Origin: a virus
Taxonomy: Duplodnaviria; Heunggongvirae; Uroviricota; Caudoviricetes
Strand: one strand, 5' to 3'
Length of the DNA stretch: 37,114 bases
IMG/VR virus record: IMGVR_UViG_3300029084_000052
Coordinates: 1-37,114 of that record
The translations under genes and the position numbers were made by a program. The notes under the pieces are model-generated. The model worked only from the letters and a program-made list of their open reading frames with translations, did no database searches and was not told where the DNA came from. Below, piece by piece: positions 19,426-28,425 of the stretch. How positions within the stretch are numbered: the first letter of the stretch is position 1; each line of letters opens with the position of its first letter.

Positions 19426-20076
19426 TCAGCGACTGTCATTGCGCAATCTGCGCTCCAGCTGCTGTTTGTCTTTTTTCACGCCACAGCGGGGATCGAGCTG
19501 TAACGCATGGTTGAGATGATTAAGGGCGGAAGCCGGATTACTTTCACTCAGGACAGTGCCAATCGCTTTATGCAGACGCGCCCGTGACTGGTCCGGCATA
19601 TCCAGACCGTCTGTCAGCTCCAGCGTCTGCAGCAACAGATCGGCATCAAAGCCGGTAGTGGCAAGCATTGCGCTCTGCGCAGCGTCTGCCATTTCCTCTG
19701 CCAGCACGGTCTGCACGTTGCGGTTACCCAGCGGCATCACCCAGCCATGACGCAGGGCATGACGCCCGATCTCCAGCGCCCCGGCATAATCTCCGGCATC
19801 AATGCGCCACAGCATCACGTACATCAGCACGTCATCCTGTTGAGCGCCTCCGGCAGCCAGTACACCCTCAGCCCAGGCGGCGTACTTCGGCAGCAGCTCC
19901 ACCTTGATTTCCGCTTTTTTGACCGTGGACTGAACGCCCTTGAGACGGCGGCGGTCTTCCGCCAGTTGCAGCAGCATCAGGTCATAGCCCGACGCGTGGC
20001 GAACGCTGCCGCCCTCGCGGGCGGCCTGTTCAGCCTGAACGCGCAGGCGATGCTGCCGTGCGGGACTCAGGCTCAT
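19426..20076 (-). CDS. M: Terminase small subunit M
   Basis: 216-aa ORF at the P2 gpM position. Confidence 0.75.
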   Translation of the reverse strand: MSLSPARQHRLRVQAEQAAREGGSVRHASGYDLMLLQLAEDRRRLKGVQSTVKKAEIKVELLPKYAAWAEGVLAAGGAQQDDVLMYVMLWRIDAGDYAGALEIGRHALRHGWVMPLGNRNVQTVLAEEMADAAQSAMLATTGFDADLLLQTLELTDGLDMPDQSRARLHKAIGTVLSESNPASALNHLNHALQLDPRCGVKKDKQQLERRLRNDSR

Positions 20077-20079
20077 GGA

Positions 20080-21138
20080 TTACGCTCCGGTTTCTACTGC
20101 GACGGCGCTGAAGTCGCCAATCTGGATGTTTTCCACCAGTGCTGCGCAGCGGTAGTCCTCAACCACATAGGCTTCGTTAACGGATTCAAAGTTTTCAATC
20201 CGGTCACGTTTCGGGTTGTCGATAACTGAACGGCGGCGGGTGTCTTCCTGCCAGTAGATGGACAGGTTGTCCAGACGGGTGATCAGCAGCGCATTCGGCG
20301 GGAAAAACGGCGCACGCACGGCCTGCAGGCCCCCCATGCGCTTCTGACTGATGATCATATCGGCAGCCAGTTTTTCACTGTTTTCCTGCTCTTTGTTGAC
20401 CAGCGGGAAATACTTGTCAGACAGCAGTTCACGGCCGCAAATCACCACCAGATCGTCATCGTCCTGGTAGACCACGTCGATAAGCTCATTGACGGCATCC
20501 ATCACCACGGCGTCCAGGTTGGCATATTCGCCACCTTTCCCGACTTTCACCGCGCCCGGTGTGGTTTCACCGCCCGTGGTGGTGCTGCCCATGACATGAT
20601 CCGGTGCATCCTCACGGATTTTCTGCAGCCAGCCTTTGTTCACATCCTGCAGCAGCGGGTTTTCGCTACGGTTGGAGGTTTTCGCACGCTTCACGCCGTT
20701 AAAGCCGATCATGATGCGGTCCAGTGCCTGACGTTTCACGATGGCGTCACGGATACGCACCTGGAAATCCTGAAACTTCGCCCACAGGTCCAGCTTCGCG
20801 TAGGTCAGTACCGTGTCAAAGTTGGTCTGCTCGCATTTGTATTCCACATCGACCATCAGCGTAGGATCGACAGGTTCACGCTCTTTCGCGGTGGTGTCAG
20901 TGGTTCCGGCAATGGTGCTACCAACACCCAACCCCAGCAGCTGACCGGACTGCTCAGTCACTGGCGTGACGTTAATCAGCGTCAGGAAAGCGGCAGACTG
21001 CTGGATCTGGTCTTCCAGCGTCTGCTGTACAGACGGCTCCACGGTGAACTTGCTGGACAGTTCTTCAACTGCCACACCGTTCAGACGCGCCAGCTGCTGC
21101 AGGTAAGCGTTAAAAGCAAAGCGGGTATTCTTCTTCAT
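20080..21138 (-). CDS. N: Major capsid protein N
   Basis: 352-aa ORF at the P2 gpN position and of matching length. Confidence 0.85.
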   Translation of the reverse strand: MKKNTRFAFNAYLQQLARLNGVAVEELSSKFTVEPSVQQTLEDQIQQSAAFLTLINVTPVTEQSGQLLGLGVGSTIAGTTDTTAKEREPVDPTLMVDVEYKCEQTNFDTVLTYAKLDLWAKFQDFQVRIRDAIVKRQALDRIMIGFNGVKRAKTSNRSENPLLQDVNKGWLQKIREDAPDHVMGSTTTGGETTPGAVKVGKGGEYANLDAVVMDAVNELIDVVYQDDDDLVVICGRELLSDKYFPLVNKEQENSEKLAADMIISQKRMGGLQAVRAPFFPPNALLITRLDNLSIYWQEDTRRRSVIDNPKRDRIENFESVNEAYVVEDYRCAALVENIQIGDFSAVAVETGA

Positions 21139-21154
21139 CAGGTTTTGTGCTCCA

Positions 21155-21988
21155 TCAGCAATTGGTCAGAGTGTCAGCGGGGGCGTTACCGCCTGTTGCA
21201 CGCTGGCGGTAGTCCTGGCGGCTGTCTTCATGACTCAACTTATTCACCAGTTCGTTAAAGGCGGTTTGCTGCTCCTGCAGAGCAGTCTCCAGTTCAGACA
21301 GGCGTTCTTCCTGCTCAGACAGGGATTTTTCGGTGCGTGCGCTCAGGTTCTGCTGCTCAGTGGCGACCAGCTCCACGGCCTTATGCACATCAGCGAACCG
21401 GGCGTCATCGGACTGCTCTTTTTTGGTAAACAACGCCGTGACGCGGGCAAACAGGGACGGTTTGTCATCCTGGACTTCTTCCAGTTCGATCACCGTTTCC
21501 TCTGCAGCGGTAAAAAGATTGGCGGGATTCTGCTTGCGGTTTGCCAGCGGGTTATGGGCTGCACTGGCGCTGAATGTCAGCATTTCCGTACCCAGACTGG
21601 CAGGATCATCAGTGGCTGCCAGGCCAACCAGGTAGGCTTTGCCCGTATCAGCGAACTTCGGGCTGACTTCCATAGAGGTGAATAATTTCTGGCCTTTTTT
21701 CACCAGTTCCACCAGGGACTCCGTTGGCTCAACGTCGGCATACAGCGCCATCTTGCCTGCCAGCGGACCTTCCGTGATTTCTTCAGCAAACAGCGCCGTC
21801 ACCTTGCCGTAGCGGTTAAAGGTGCTGTCCGGCAGATAAGACTTGATGTGCTCAAGGTTAATCAGCGCGGTATACACCGCCGGGTTGTAGCTGGCTGCCA
21901 TCTGTTCCAACCATTCACGCTGGATTTCGCGTCCGTCGGTAGTGGCACCTTCCACCCCGATGCGAAAACGCTTTGCTTTCACTGTCAT
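21155..21988 (-). CDS. O: Capsid scaffolding protein O
   Basis: 277-aa ORF with an acidic coiled-coil C-terminus, at the P2 gpO position. Confidence 0.8.
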   Translation of the reverse strand: MTVKAKRFRIGVEGATTDGREIQREWLEQMAASYNPAVYTALINLEHIKSYLPDSTFNRYGKVTALFAEEITEGPLAGKMALYADVEPTESLVELVKKGQKLFTSMEVSPKFADTGKAYLVGLAATDDPASLGTEMLTFSASAAHNPLANRKQNPANLFTAAEETVIELEEVQDDKPSLFARVTALFTKKEQSDDARFADVHKAVELVATEQQNLSARTEKSLSEQEERLSELETALQEQQTAFNELVNKLSHEDSRQDYRQRATGGNAPADTLTNC

Positions 21989-22066
21989 GAGCCGTGCTCC
22001 GTTAGAAAAAACTTACTGGAGCCTTATGGTTGCGGTGATGGGGGCAGTGAAACAATGCGCGGTATT

Positions 22067-22084
22067 TGTACCGACAACCACACA
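22067..22084. promoter_or_regulatory. TGT-N12-ACA element in the divergent O/P intergenic region (PO/PP late promoter region)
   Basis: TGTaccgacaaccacACA, about 55 bp upstream of the P start and about 87 bp upstream of the O start. Confidence 0.45.
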
Positions 22085-22130
22085 AACCGCAGGCGGGGAA
22101 AGCCTTCATTCAAGGCTGTAGGTTTGTGCC

Positions 22131-23897
22131 ATGAACACCACACTGACACCCGCAGATCTCGATCCCCGTCGGCAGGCCATGCTGCTGTACTTTCAGGGAT
22201 ACCGCGTAGCCCGCATTGCTGAAATGCTGGGCGAGAAAGTTGCAACTGTTCACAGCTGGAAAAAACGCGACAAGTGGGGTGATTATGGGCCGCTGGATCA
22301 GATGCAGCTCACCACCGCCGCACGCTATTGCCAGCTCATTATGAAGGAGCACAAAGAAGGGAAAGATTTCAAAGAGATTGACCTGCTGGCGCGCCAGTCG
22401 GAACGCCACGCGCGGATCGGCAAGTTTAACAATGGTGGCAACGAAGCCGACTTAAACCCTAACGTCGCCAACCGCAACAAAGGCCCACGCCGTCAGCCGG
22501 AAAAGAACGTTTTCACCGATGAACAGATTGAGAAGCTGGAAGAAATCTTCCATTCCTCCATGTTCAACTACCAGCGCCACTGGTGGGAAGCCGGAAAAAC
22601 CAACCGCATCCGCAACCTGCTGAAGTCACGCCAGATCGGCGCGACCTTCTATTTTGCCCGTGAAGCCCTGATTGACGCCCTGCTGACCGGACGTAACCAG
22701 ATTTTCCTTTCTGCCAGTAAGGCACAGGCCCACGTATTCAAACAGTACATCATCGACTTTGCCAAAGAAGTAGAGGTGGAGCTGAAAGGCGATCCGATGG
22801 TGCTTCCCAACGGGGCCACACTGTATTTCCTCGGCACCAATGCCCGCACGGCCCAGAGTTATCACGGCAACCTGTATCTGGATGAATATTTCTGGATACC
22901 AAAATTCCAGGAGCTGCGCAAAGTGGCTTCCGGTATGGCTATTCACAAAAAATGGCGACAAACCTATTTTTCCACGCCATCCAGTCTGACACACAGTGCT
23001 TATCCGTTCTGGTCCGGTGCGCTGTTCAACCGTGGGCGCAACAAAGCCGATAAGGTGGACATCGACCTGTCCCACAGCAATCTGGCCCCCGGCCTGCTGT
23101 GCGCAGACGGGCAATACCGCCAGATAGTCACCGTGGAAGATGCGGTGCGCGGCGGCTGTAACCTGTTCGACCTCGACCAGCTACGCATGGAGTACAGCCC
23201 GGACGAATACCAGAACCTGCTGATGTGCGAGTTTGTGGACGATCTCGCGTCCGTGTTTCCGCTCAGCGAGCTGCAGGCGTGCATGGTGGACAGTTGGGAA
23301 GTCTGGACCGACTTTCATGCACTGGCGCTGCGCCCGTTTGGCTGGCGCGAAGTGTGGATCGGTTATGACCCGGCAAAAGGCACGCAAAACGGCGACAGCG
23401 CCGGATGCGTGGTGGTGGCACCGCCAGCCGTGCCGGGTGGTAAGTTCCGCATTCTTGAGCGTCACCAGTGGCGCGGGATGGACTTCCGCGCCCAGGCTGA
23501 CGCCATCAAAAAACTGACCGAACAGTACAACGTGACCTATATCGGTATCGACTCAACCGGCGTTGGTCACGGGGTTTACGAGAACGTGAAAGCGTTTTTT
23601 CCTGCCGTCCGGGAGTTTGTCTACAACCCCAACGTTAAAAACGCCCTGGTACTCAAGGCCTACGACATTATCAGCCACCGCCGTCTGGAGTTTGACGCCG
23701 GGCACACCGACATTGCGCAGTCATTCATGGCTATCCGTCGCGCCACCACCGCCAGCGGCAACCGCCCGACCTATGAAGCCAGCCGCAGCGAAGAAGCCAG
23801 CCACGCCGATCTGGCCTGGGCAACAATGCACGCACTGTTTAACGAACCGCTGCAGGGCGAGTCCGCCAATACCAGCAATATTGTGGAGATTTTTTGA
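22131..23897 (+). CDS. P: Terminase large subunit P
   Basis: 588-aa ORF at the P2 gpP position and of matching length. Confidence 0.85.
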   Translation: MNTTLTPADLDPRRQAMLLYFQGYRVARIAEMLGEKVATVHSWKKRDKWGDYGPLDQMQLTTAARYCQLIMKEHKEGKDFKEIDLLARQSERHARIGKFNNGGNEADLNPNVANRNKGPRRQPEKNVFTDEQIEKLEEIFHSSMFNYQRHWWEAGKTNRIRNLLKSRQIGATFYFAREALIDALLTGRNQIFLSASKAQAHVFKQYIIDFAKEVEVELKGDPMVLPNGATLYFLGTNARTAQSYHGNLYLDEYFWIPKFQELRKVASGMAIHKKWRQTYFSTPSSLTHSAYPFWSGALFNRGRNKADKVDIDLSHSNLAPGLLCADGQYRQIVTVEDAVRGGCNLFDLDQLRMEYSPDEYQNLLMCEFVDDLASVFPLSELQACMVDSWEVWTDFHALALRPFGWREVWIGYDPAKGTQNGDSAGCVVVAPPAVPGGKFRILERHQWRGMDFRAQADAIKKLTEQYNVTYIGIDSTGVGHGVYENVKAFFPAVREFVYNPNVKNALVLKAYDIISHRRLEFDAGHTDIAQSFMAIRRATTASGNRPTYEASRSEEASHADLAWATMHALFNEPLQGESANTSNIVEIF

Positions 23898-24928
23898 TGG
23901 GAAAGAGTAAGAAAAACCGCGCTGCGGCGACGAAACAGAGCCAGCATAAAAATCAAACTTCAGCCGAAGCTTTCAGCTTTGGTGATCCCATTCCTGTACT
24001 GGACCGCCGCGAACTGCTGGACTATGTGGAATGCGTACAGACGGATCGCTGGTATGAGCCACCCGTCAGTTTTGACGGACTGGCACGCACCTTCCGCGCT
24101 GCCGTGCATCACAGTTCACCGATTGCAGTGAAATGCAACATTCTGACCAGCACCTACATCCCTCACCCGCTGCTCAGCCAGCAGGCTTTTTCACGTTTTG
24201 TGCAGGACTATCTGGTATTTGGTAACGCCTACCTGGAGAAACGCACGAACCGGTTCGGTGAAGTTATCGCCCTTGAGCCTGCTCTGGCAAAATACACCCG
24301 ACGCGGGTTAGACCTGGATACCTACTGGTTTGTGCAATACGGTATGATCACCCAGCCATATCAGTTCACGAAAGGCAGCATCTTTCATCTGATGGAACCG
24401 GACATCAACCAGGAAATCTACGGCCTGCCCGGTTATCTTTCTGCTATTCCATCCGCCCTGCTCAACGAGTCTGCCACGCTGTTCCGCCGCAAGTATTACA
24501 TTAACGGCAGTCATGCAGGCTTCATCATGTATATGACCGACGCCGCGCAGAACCAGGAGGATGTAAACAACCTCCGCAACGCGATGAAAAGTGCCAAAGG
24601 TCCTGGTAACTTCCGTAACCTATTTATGTACTCGCCAAACGGCAAAAAGGACGGACTTCAGATCATCCCGTTGTCAGAAGTCGCGGCGAAGGATGAGTTT
24701 TTGAATATCAAGAACGTCAGCCGTGATGACATGATGGCGGCGCACCGTGTACCGCCACAAATGATGGGTATTATGCCGAATAATGTTGGGGGGTTTGGGG
24801 ATGTGGAGAAGGCAAGTAATGTATTTGTTCGTAACGAACTTATCCCCTTACAAAAACGTATAGAACAATTAAATCAATGGATAGGAAACACAATTATTAA
24901 TTTTTTACCATATTCTCTCCAAAGTTAA
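23897..24928 (+). CDS. Q: Portal protein Q
   Basis: About 343 aa; the ATG overlaps the P stop (TGATG). Confidence 0.85.
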   Translation: MGKSKKNRAAATKQSQHKNQTSAEAFSFGDPIPVLDRRELLDYVECVQTDRWYEPPVSFDGLARTFRAAVHHSSPIAVKCNILTSTYIPHPLLSQQAFSRFVQDYLVFGNAYLEKRTNRFGEVIALEPALAKYTRRGLDLDTYWFVQYGMITQPYQFTKGSIFHLMEPDINQEIYGLPGYLSAIPSALLNESATLFRRKYYINGSHAGFIMYMTDAAQNQEDVNNLRNAMKSAKGPGNFRNLFMYSPNGKKDGLQIIPLSEVAAKDEFLNIKNVSRDDMMAAHRVPPQMMGIMPNNVGGFGDVEKASNVFVRNELIPLQKRIEQLNQWIGNTIINFLPYSLQS

Positions 24929-24940
24929 AAAATAGCATAT

Positions 24941-24963
24941 GGGTGCATAATGTTTATGCACCC
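24941..24963. terminator. Perfect 10-bp hairpin between convergent Q and the TIR-like gene, probable bidirectional terminator
   Basis: GGGTGCATAA tgt TTATGCACCC, flanked by an A-run upstream and T-rich sequence downstream. Confidence 0.55.
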
Positions 24964-24968
24964 TCTTA

Positions 24969-25586
24969 TTACCAGTTAAAAATTGATGAGCTGCGAATTG
25001 CAGGAACATCCGATGGATTTCGTTTGGCAGCTGGTTCCATCAACTTACGCTTGTTAAATGCCTGATCAATATAATACTCAGGATTTTTAATAAAGACAGA
25101 GTATTTTACCAATGCACAATATACGTCAGAGTCATTATAATGGGGAACTGTTTTTTCATAAACATGATTCTTTCTAACCAGATAAGGCAAATAATAATCA
25201 TATCCCCAACCTGGCGTTCTTAGACTTATAGAACATCCGCATGATGGATCTGCACATACTGCAGGAGTAAACACACTGTCGTAAATTTCATCTCTGATAA
25301 CACCAATTAGACCATTATAGTTTTCTCCCCAGAGTGATGCTTGAATTTCAGAGTTTATAAATGGACGATTTTTGGTTTCCGTTCCAATAAGAACGACAGT
25401 AACCGTTGAGTCTTTTAAAAAATCCTCACGAATAGTCCTCATTATTGTTTCATCAGTGTTAGTTGTACTAATGTCACCATCACTTACCGACTTATCAATA
25501 AACGATTCTCCTCCGAATAAATCAATAATCTCATCTTTGAGATCTTGTTCGTTAGCATGATGATAACTAAGAAACGTCTTATGCAT
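24969..25586 (-). CDS. TIR-like domain protein (ThsB/DUF1863-like), accessory gene
   Basis: Begins MHKTFLSYHHANEQD (TIR beta-A-like F-L-S-Y); a later VTVVLIGTETKNRPFINSEIQ stretch resembles the ThsB-type core with a candidate catalytic Glu; AT-rich coding sequence. Confidence 0.55.
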   Translation of the reverse strand: MHKTFLSYHHANEQDLKDEIIDLFGGESFIDKSVSDGDISTTNTDETIMRTIREDFLKDSTVTVVLIGTETKNRPFINSEIQASLWGENYNGLIGVIRDEIYDSVFTPAVCADPSCGCSISLRTPGWGYDYYLPYLVRKNHVYEKTVPHYNDSDVYCALVKYSVFIKNPEYYIDQAFNKRKLMEPAAKRNPSDVPAIRSSSIFNW

Positions 25587-26317
25587 TATTCACTCCATTT
25601 ATCAACATTTATATCAAACTCTTTGACTACCTTATCATTGAAGAAATCGTTTACTTCTTTAAAACCTTCCAATACTTGACTAAAATGATAATAATGCTTT
25701 TGTATAGTACTTATAGGGGTTAAATGATACGGCAGTGATATAAATTCGCCGTTAGGGTCTCTATCCTTTGTGGTCACTTTATCATTATCTGAAACATATT
25801 TATGCCATCTCCGATAATTATTTTGATGCTTTGTTAAAAAAGAGTTTAACGTTTTCAAAATTTCATTTGAAAGTAAATACAGTTTTTTATCTCTTTTTTT
25901 CTTCACATCTAGTAATTTCATTTCATCTCTAATGAATTTATAGCACTCATAATATGAGTTTAAAACTTCTTCAATTGAGTCATAATTCGGATCAAATTTA
26001 AATAATGTTCGCTTCGTATCCAGATAATTTTTTACGCTCTTTTTAAAAAGAAGATCAGACTTATTTAGTAAAATATTAATACCACCAAAACTAAGTTGCT
26101 CCAATCTCAATGAATATCTTTGATGAAATGCACCGACCAGCAAGATATAAGCAACTAAAAATAGTATTAATACTGATAGAAAAGCACGAATTATGCTTAC
26201 ATTTGACATGAAATTAACTATAAACCACCATTTTTCAAACGGTGAAAACGGAATGCACCCCATGATAATAAGTAGAAGAACAAAGATACAACCCCATAAA
26301 ACCCACAATCTGTACAT
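25586..26317 (-). CDS. Two-TM membrane protein with a roughly 170-aa Lys/Glu-rich C-terminal domain of unknown family; partner of the TIR-like gene
   Basis: Start at the ATG (MYRLWVLWGCIF..) after an AAAAGGA Shine-Dalgarno; two hydrophobic helices; stop overlaps the TIR-like start (TAATG). Confidence 0.5.
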   Translation of the reverse strand: MYRLWVLWGCIFVLLLIIMGCIPFSPFEKWWFIVNFMSNVSIIRAFLSVLILFLVAYILLVGAFHQRYSLRLEQLSFGGINILLNKSDLLFKKSVKNYLDTKRTLFKFDPNYDSIEEVLNSYYECYKFIRDEMKLLDVKKKRDKKLYLLSNEILKTLNSFLTKHQNNYRRWHKYVSDNDKVTTKDRDPNGEFISLPYHLTPISTIQKHYYHFSQVLEGFKEVNDFFNDKVVKEFDINVDKWSE

Positions 26318-26470
26318 AAGAAAGATCCTTTTTCTTTTTATAATACTGCAACTACACCTCAAGTCAAAACCCTCTTCTGATATTACCCTCTACTACAGTA
26401 ACCCATCACATGACCTCCGACTTATCAGAAGACTAGCCAAACTTTCTCAATCAAATCAGGTTGCGCGCGC

Positions 26471-26495
26471 TCGTATCCCCGCCACGCCTGCCCGC
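26471..26495 (-). other. cos-like sequence (candidate phage cohesive-end site)
   Basis: Minus strand reads GGCGTGGCGGGGA.., matching the first 13 nt of the P2/186 19-nt cohesive end as I recall it; lies in a short GC-rich island. Confidence 0.4.
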
Positions 26496-26605
26496 TTTAT
26501 GTAGTAGTTTTCATGCAGGTGCATGATCTACGCGAAAGCCCGCCAATTCTGGCGGGCCCTAGCAAAAACGATCCTCAAACGATCATGCGATCTCATGCAG
26601 CATAG

Positions 26606-27448
26606 TCATGCACGATCATTTGACTCAGCATCTGCTGCACGCTTGCTGCGCGAAGATGCACTTTTACTATCAATCTTTCGACAGTTCTTTCTATCCCTGG
26701 CTTCATTTTCTTTAAATTTGTTATATGTCTCAGTATCAAAAAACGAAATTGTTTCAACCTCATCTTTTGGTATGAGCACACGGAAATCTTCGATATTAAG
26801 CCGAGACATTCCACTTATCACACCACTATCAAGATAATGTTGGTGATAGTTAGTCGTGATACTAATCGTTAGATCATCTTTATCCCGATATCCGCTTAAC
26901 ATCGGGAGAAGTTCAAGGTGCTCTGAAAGCCCGTTTTCTAACGCCGGACAAGTAACAAGACCAACATAGATTTTGCGAGACGACAGAGTTGCTATGATCG
27001 GAAACTGTCTTGCGGACGCTTCCATGAGTAATGATTCGAAAGCGTTATTACCTACAGCTTTAGCTAAGGCATCCCAGCGACGATCTCCACGTGATGTGCG
27101 TAACTTATTTCCAAAACCTGAAATCGCAGCGAGGACAATTGAAATCATAACCCATGCTATCTGTTTGATTTCATTTATTCTTTGAAGTTTGTCTTTCGAT
27201 GAAGACAACATGCCATTAAAACTGTCAGGTGTTAGATTCAAGGCATTAGCCAGCCAACGAAACCCTCCGCTGACGTTCAAAATAAAGGTGAAAAAACCGC
27301 CAAGGAGAAAAAAAACGATACCCCAGGCAGCCACAAAAAAATAAGCGTCCCAGCCGTTGGAACGCTTATATCGGTATCTTGTTGAAAGTGATAGGTTTAC
27401 ATAAATAAAACCACTAACCAAAATCACTGCTAAAAGTAATGTTGCCAT
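26606..27448 (-). CDS. Three-TM membrane protein with a soluble C-terminal domain, unknown function; accessory gene
   Basis: 280-aa ORF with three N-terminal hydrophobic helices, AT-rich; coupled to the upstream 71-aa gene (TAATG). Confidence 0.5.
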   Translation of the reverse strand: MATLLLAVILVSGFIYVNLSLSTRYRYKRSNGWDAYFFVAAWGIVFFLLGGFFTFILNVSGGFRWLANALNLTPDSFNGMLSSSKDKLQRINEIKQIAWVMISIVLAAISGFGNKLRTSRGDRRWDALAKAVGNNAFESLLMEASARQFPIIATLSSRKIYVGLVTCPALENGLSEHLELLPMLSGYRDKDDLTISITTNYHQHYLDSGVISGMSRLNIEDFRVLIPKDEVETISFFDTETYNKFKENEARDRKNCRKIDSKSASSRSKRAADAESNDRA

Positions 27449-27663
27449 TATCTGGTTCTATTAGTTTTCTCTTTTACAGTGCTCGTTTTGATGCCTTCAA
27501 GCTTATCCATCTGTGCCTTGATGGCATCCATTGCTCTTTTGTTAGACAAGTCTACGGACACAAAACCATCTTTACTAAGATTGAGTTTGTCCTGGTTCTC
27601 TTTAAGAACCCTTGCCAGACGTTCAACTGGGTTACCCAGGCTAAATGCGGCGATGCTTGACAT
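27448..27663 (-). CDS. Small 71-aa hydrophilic protein, unknown function; first gene of a coupled pair
   Basis: ATG preceded by AAGGGGGAG; stop overlaps the start of the 280-aa membrane protein. Confidence 0.45.
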   Translation of the reverse strand: MSSIAAFSLGNPVERLARVLKENQDKLNLSKDGFVSVDLSNKRAMDAIKAQMDKLEGIKTSTVKEKTNRTR

Positions 27664-27933
27664 AACTCCCCCTTTTCACATGGCGCGGAAGTCTACACTC
27701 CGACGCCTACAACCTCAACAGATTATCTTTAAAATTTAGACAACAATATCATCTGTTGATTGCGTTACTTAAACTTAAGTTCAATGCGCTCGATCATGCA
27801 AGCTGTTTCTTAAGAACTGTTAATTTCCTGGCATATATAGTGGTTAAGGTAACAAATTGACACTAACGCCTCGCATAGCTCGTTGTTCAACCTTGCTGAC
27901 GCCAGAAGCAAGTTCAGACGCCAGCAACGTTTC

Positions 27934-28167
27934 TTAATGCAGCCAGCTGTCGTCTTCCCACACCTTCTGCATAATTTTCATCACTTGTTTTCTTTCTTCG
28001 TCCAGTTGCAATCCGGTCAGTTCCACACCGTTAGAGCTACCTTTGCGGATACGAATTACCGTTTTGGGATACAGAGGACGCAGATTGCGGTAAAGCTCGG
28101 ATTCAAGGGCGTCCAGGGTAGACTGGCTAATCTTCTGCTCTTTATCGATCATTATTTCAATGCGCAT
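27934..28167 (-). CDS. DinI-family protein (damage-inducible protein I-like; 186 Tum C-terminal-domain-like)
   Basis: MRIEIMIDKEQKISQSTLDALESELYRNLRPLYP...KIMQKVWEDDSWLH aligns with E. coli DinI (MRIEVTIAK...ALAGELSRR...ILQETWESADDW) from memory. Confidence 0.75.
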   Translation of the reverse strand: MRIEIMIDKEQKISQSTLDALESELYRNLRPLYPKTVIRIRKGSSNGVELTGLQLDEERKQVMKIMQKVWEDDSWLH

Positions 28168-28178
28168 AAAAAGTCACC

Positions 28179-28367
28179 TCAACTGATGACATCCATTGAG
28201 CGGTTGTATTCGTGGGTTCTGATTTTTGCCATGAGTTCATCTGTTAGTTCAGAAACCCACTGCAAAGCCAGCCCCTTCTCTTCATCACTACACTCACTAG
28301 CCGCTACAAGCTTAAGAAAAAAATCAATGCGCTGGAGCTTCAAAGACTCCAAAAAATAGTCCTGCAT
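28179..28367 (-). CDS. Small 62-aa protein, first gene of the SOS-regulated operon (possible Tum N-terminal-like part)
   Basis: Strong AGGAGG Shine-Dalgarno; lies about 45 bp downstream of a LexA box and 11 nt upstream of the dinI-like gene. Confidence 0.5.
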   Translation of the reverse strand: MQDYFLESLKLQRIDFFLKLVAASECSDEEKGLALQWVSELTDELMAKIRTHEYNRSMDVIS

Positions 28368-28409
28368 CTTTCCTCCTATGACACCAAAGCAATACTGTAA
28401 ATATAACCA

Positions 28410-28425
28410 CTGTTTATATTTACAG
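28410..28425 (-). promoter_or_regulatory. LexA operator (SOS box) inside a 37-bp palindrome
   Basis: CTGTTTATATTTACAG (CTG-N10-CAG) within ATACTGTAAATATAACCACTGTTTATATTTACAGTAT; an overlapping near-match CTGTAAATATAACCAC lies just upstream. Confidence 0.7.

Noticed and set aside
20596-21258. 220-aa plus-strand ORF antisense to capsid gene N
   Set aside because: Embedded in the major capsid gene, with no supporting context.
25586-26317. Assigning the 2-TM protein as a canonical type II Thoeris ThsA (TM plus macro domain)
   Set aside because: No glycine-rich macro-domain motifs are visible and the C-terminal region looks helical and Lys/Glu-rich; left as an unknown effector pending profile or structure search.
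27884-27933. Possible terminator downstream of the dinI-like gene
   Set aside because: The apparent symmetry is a direct repeat (gacgccag twice), not an inverted repeat, and there is no T-tract.
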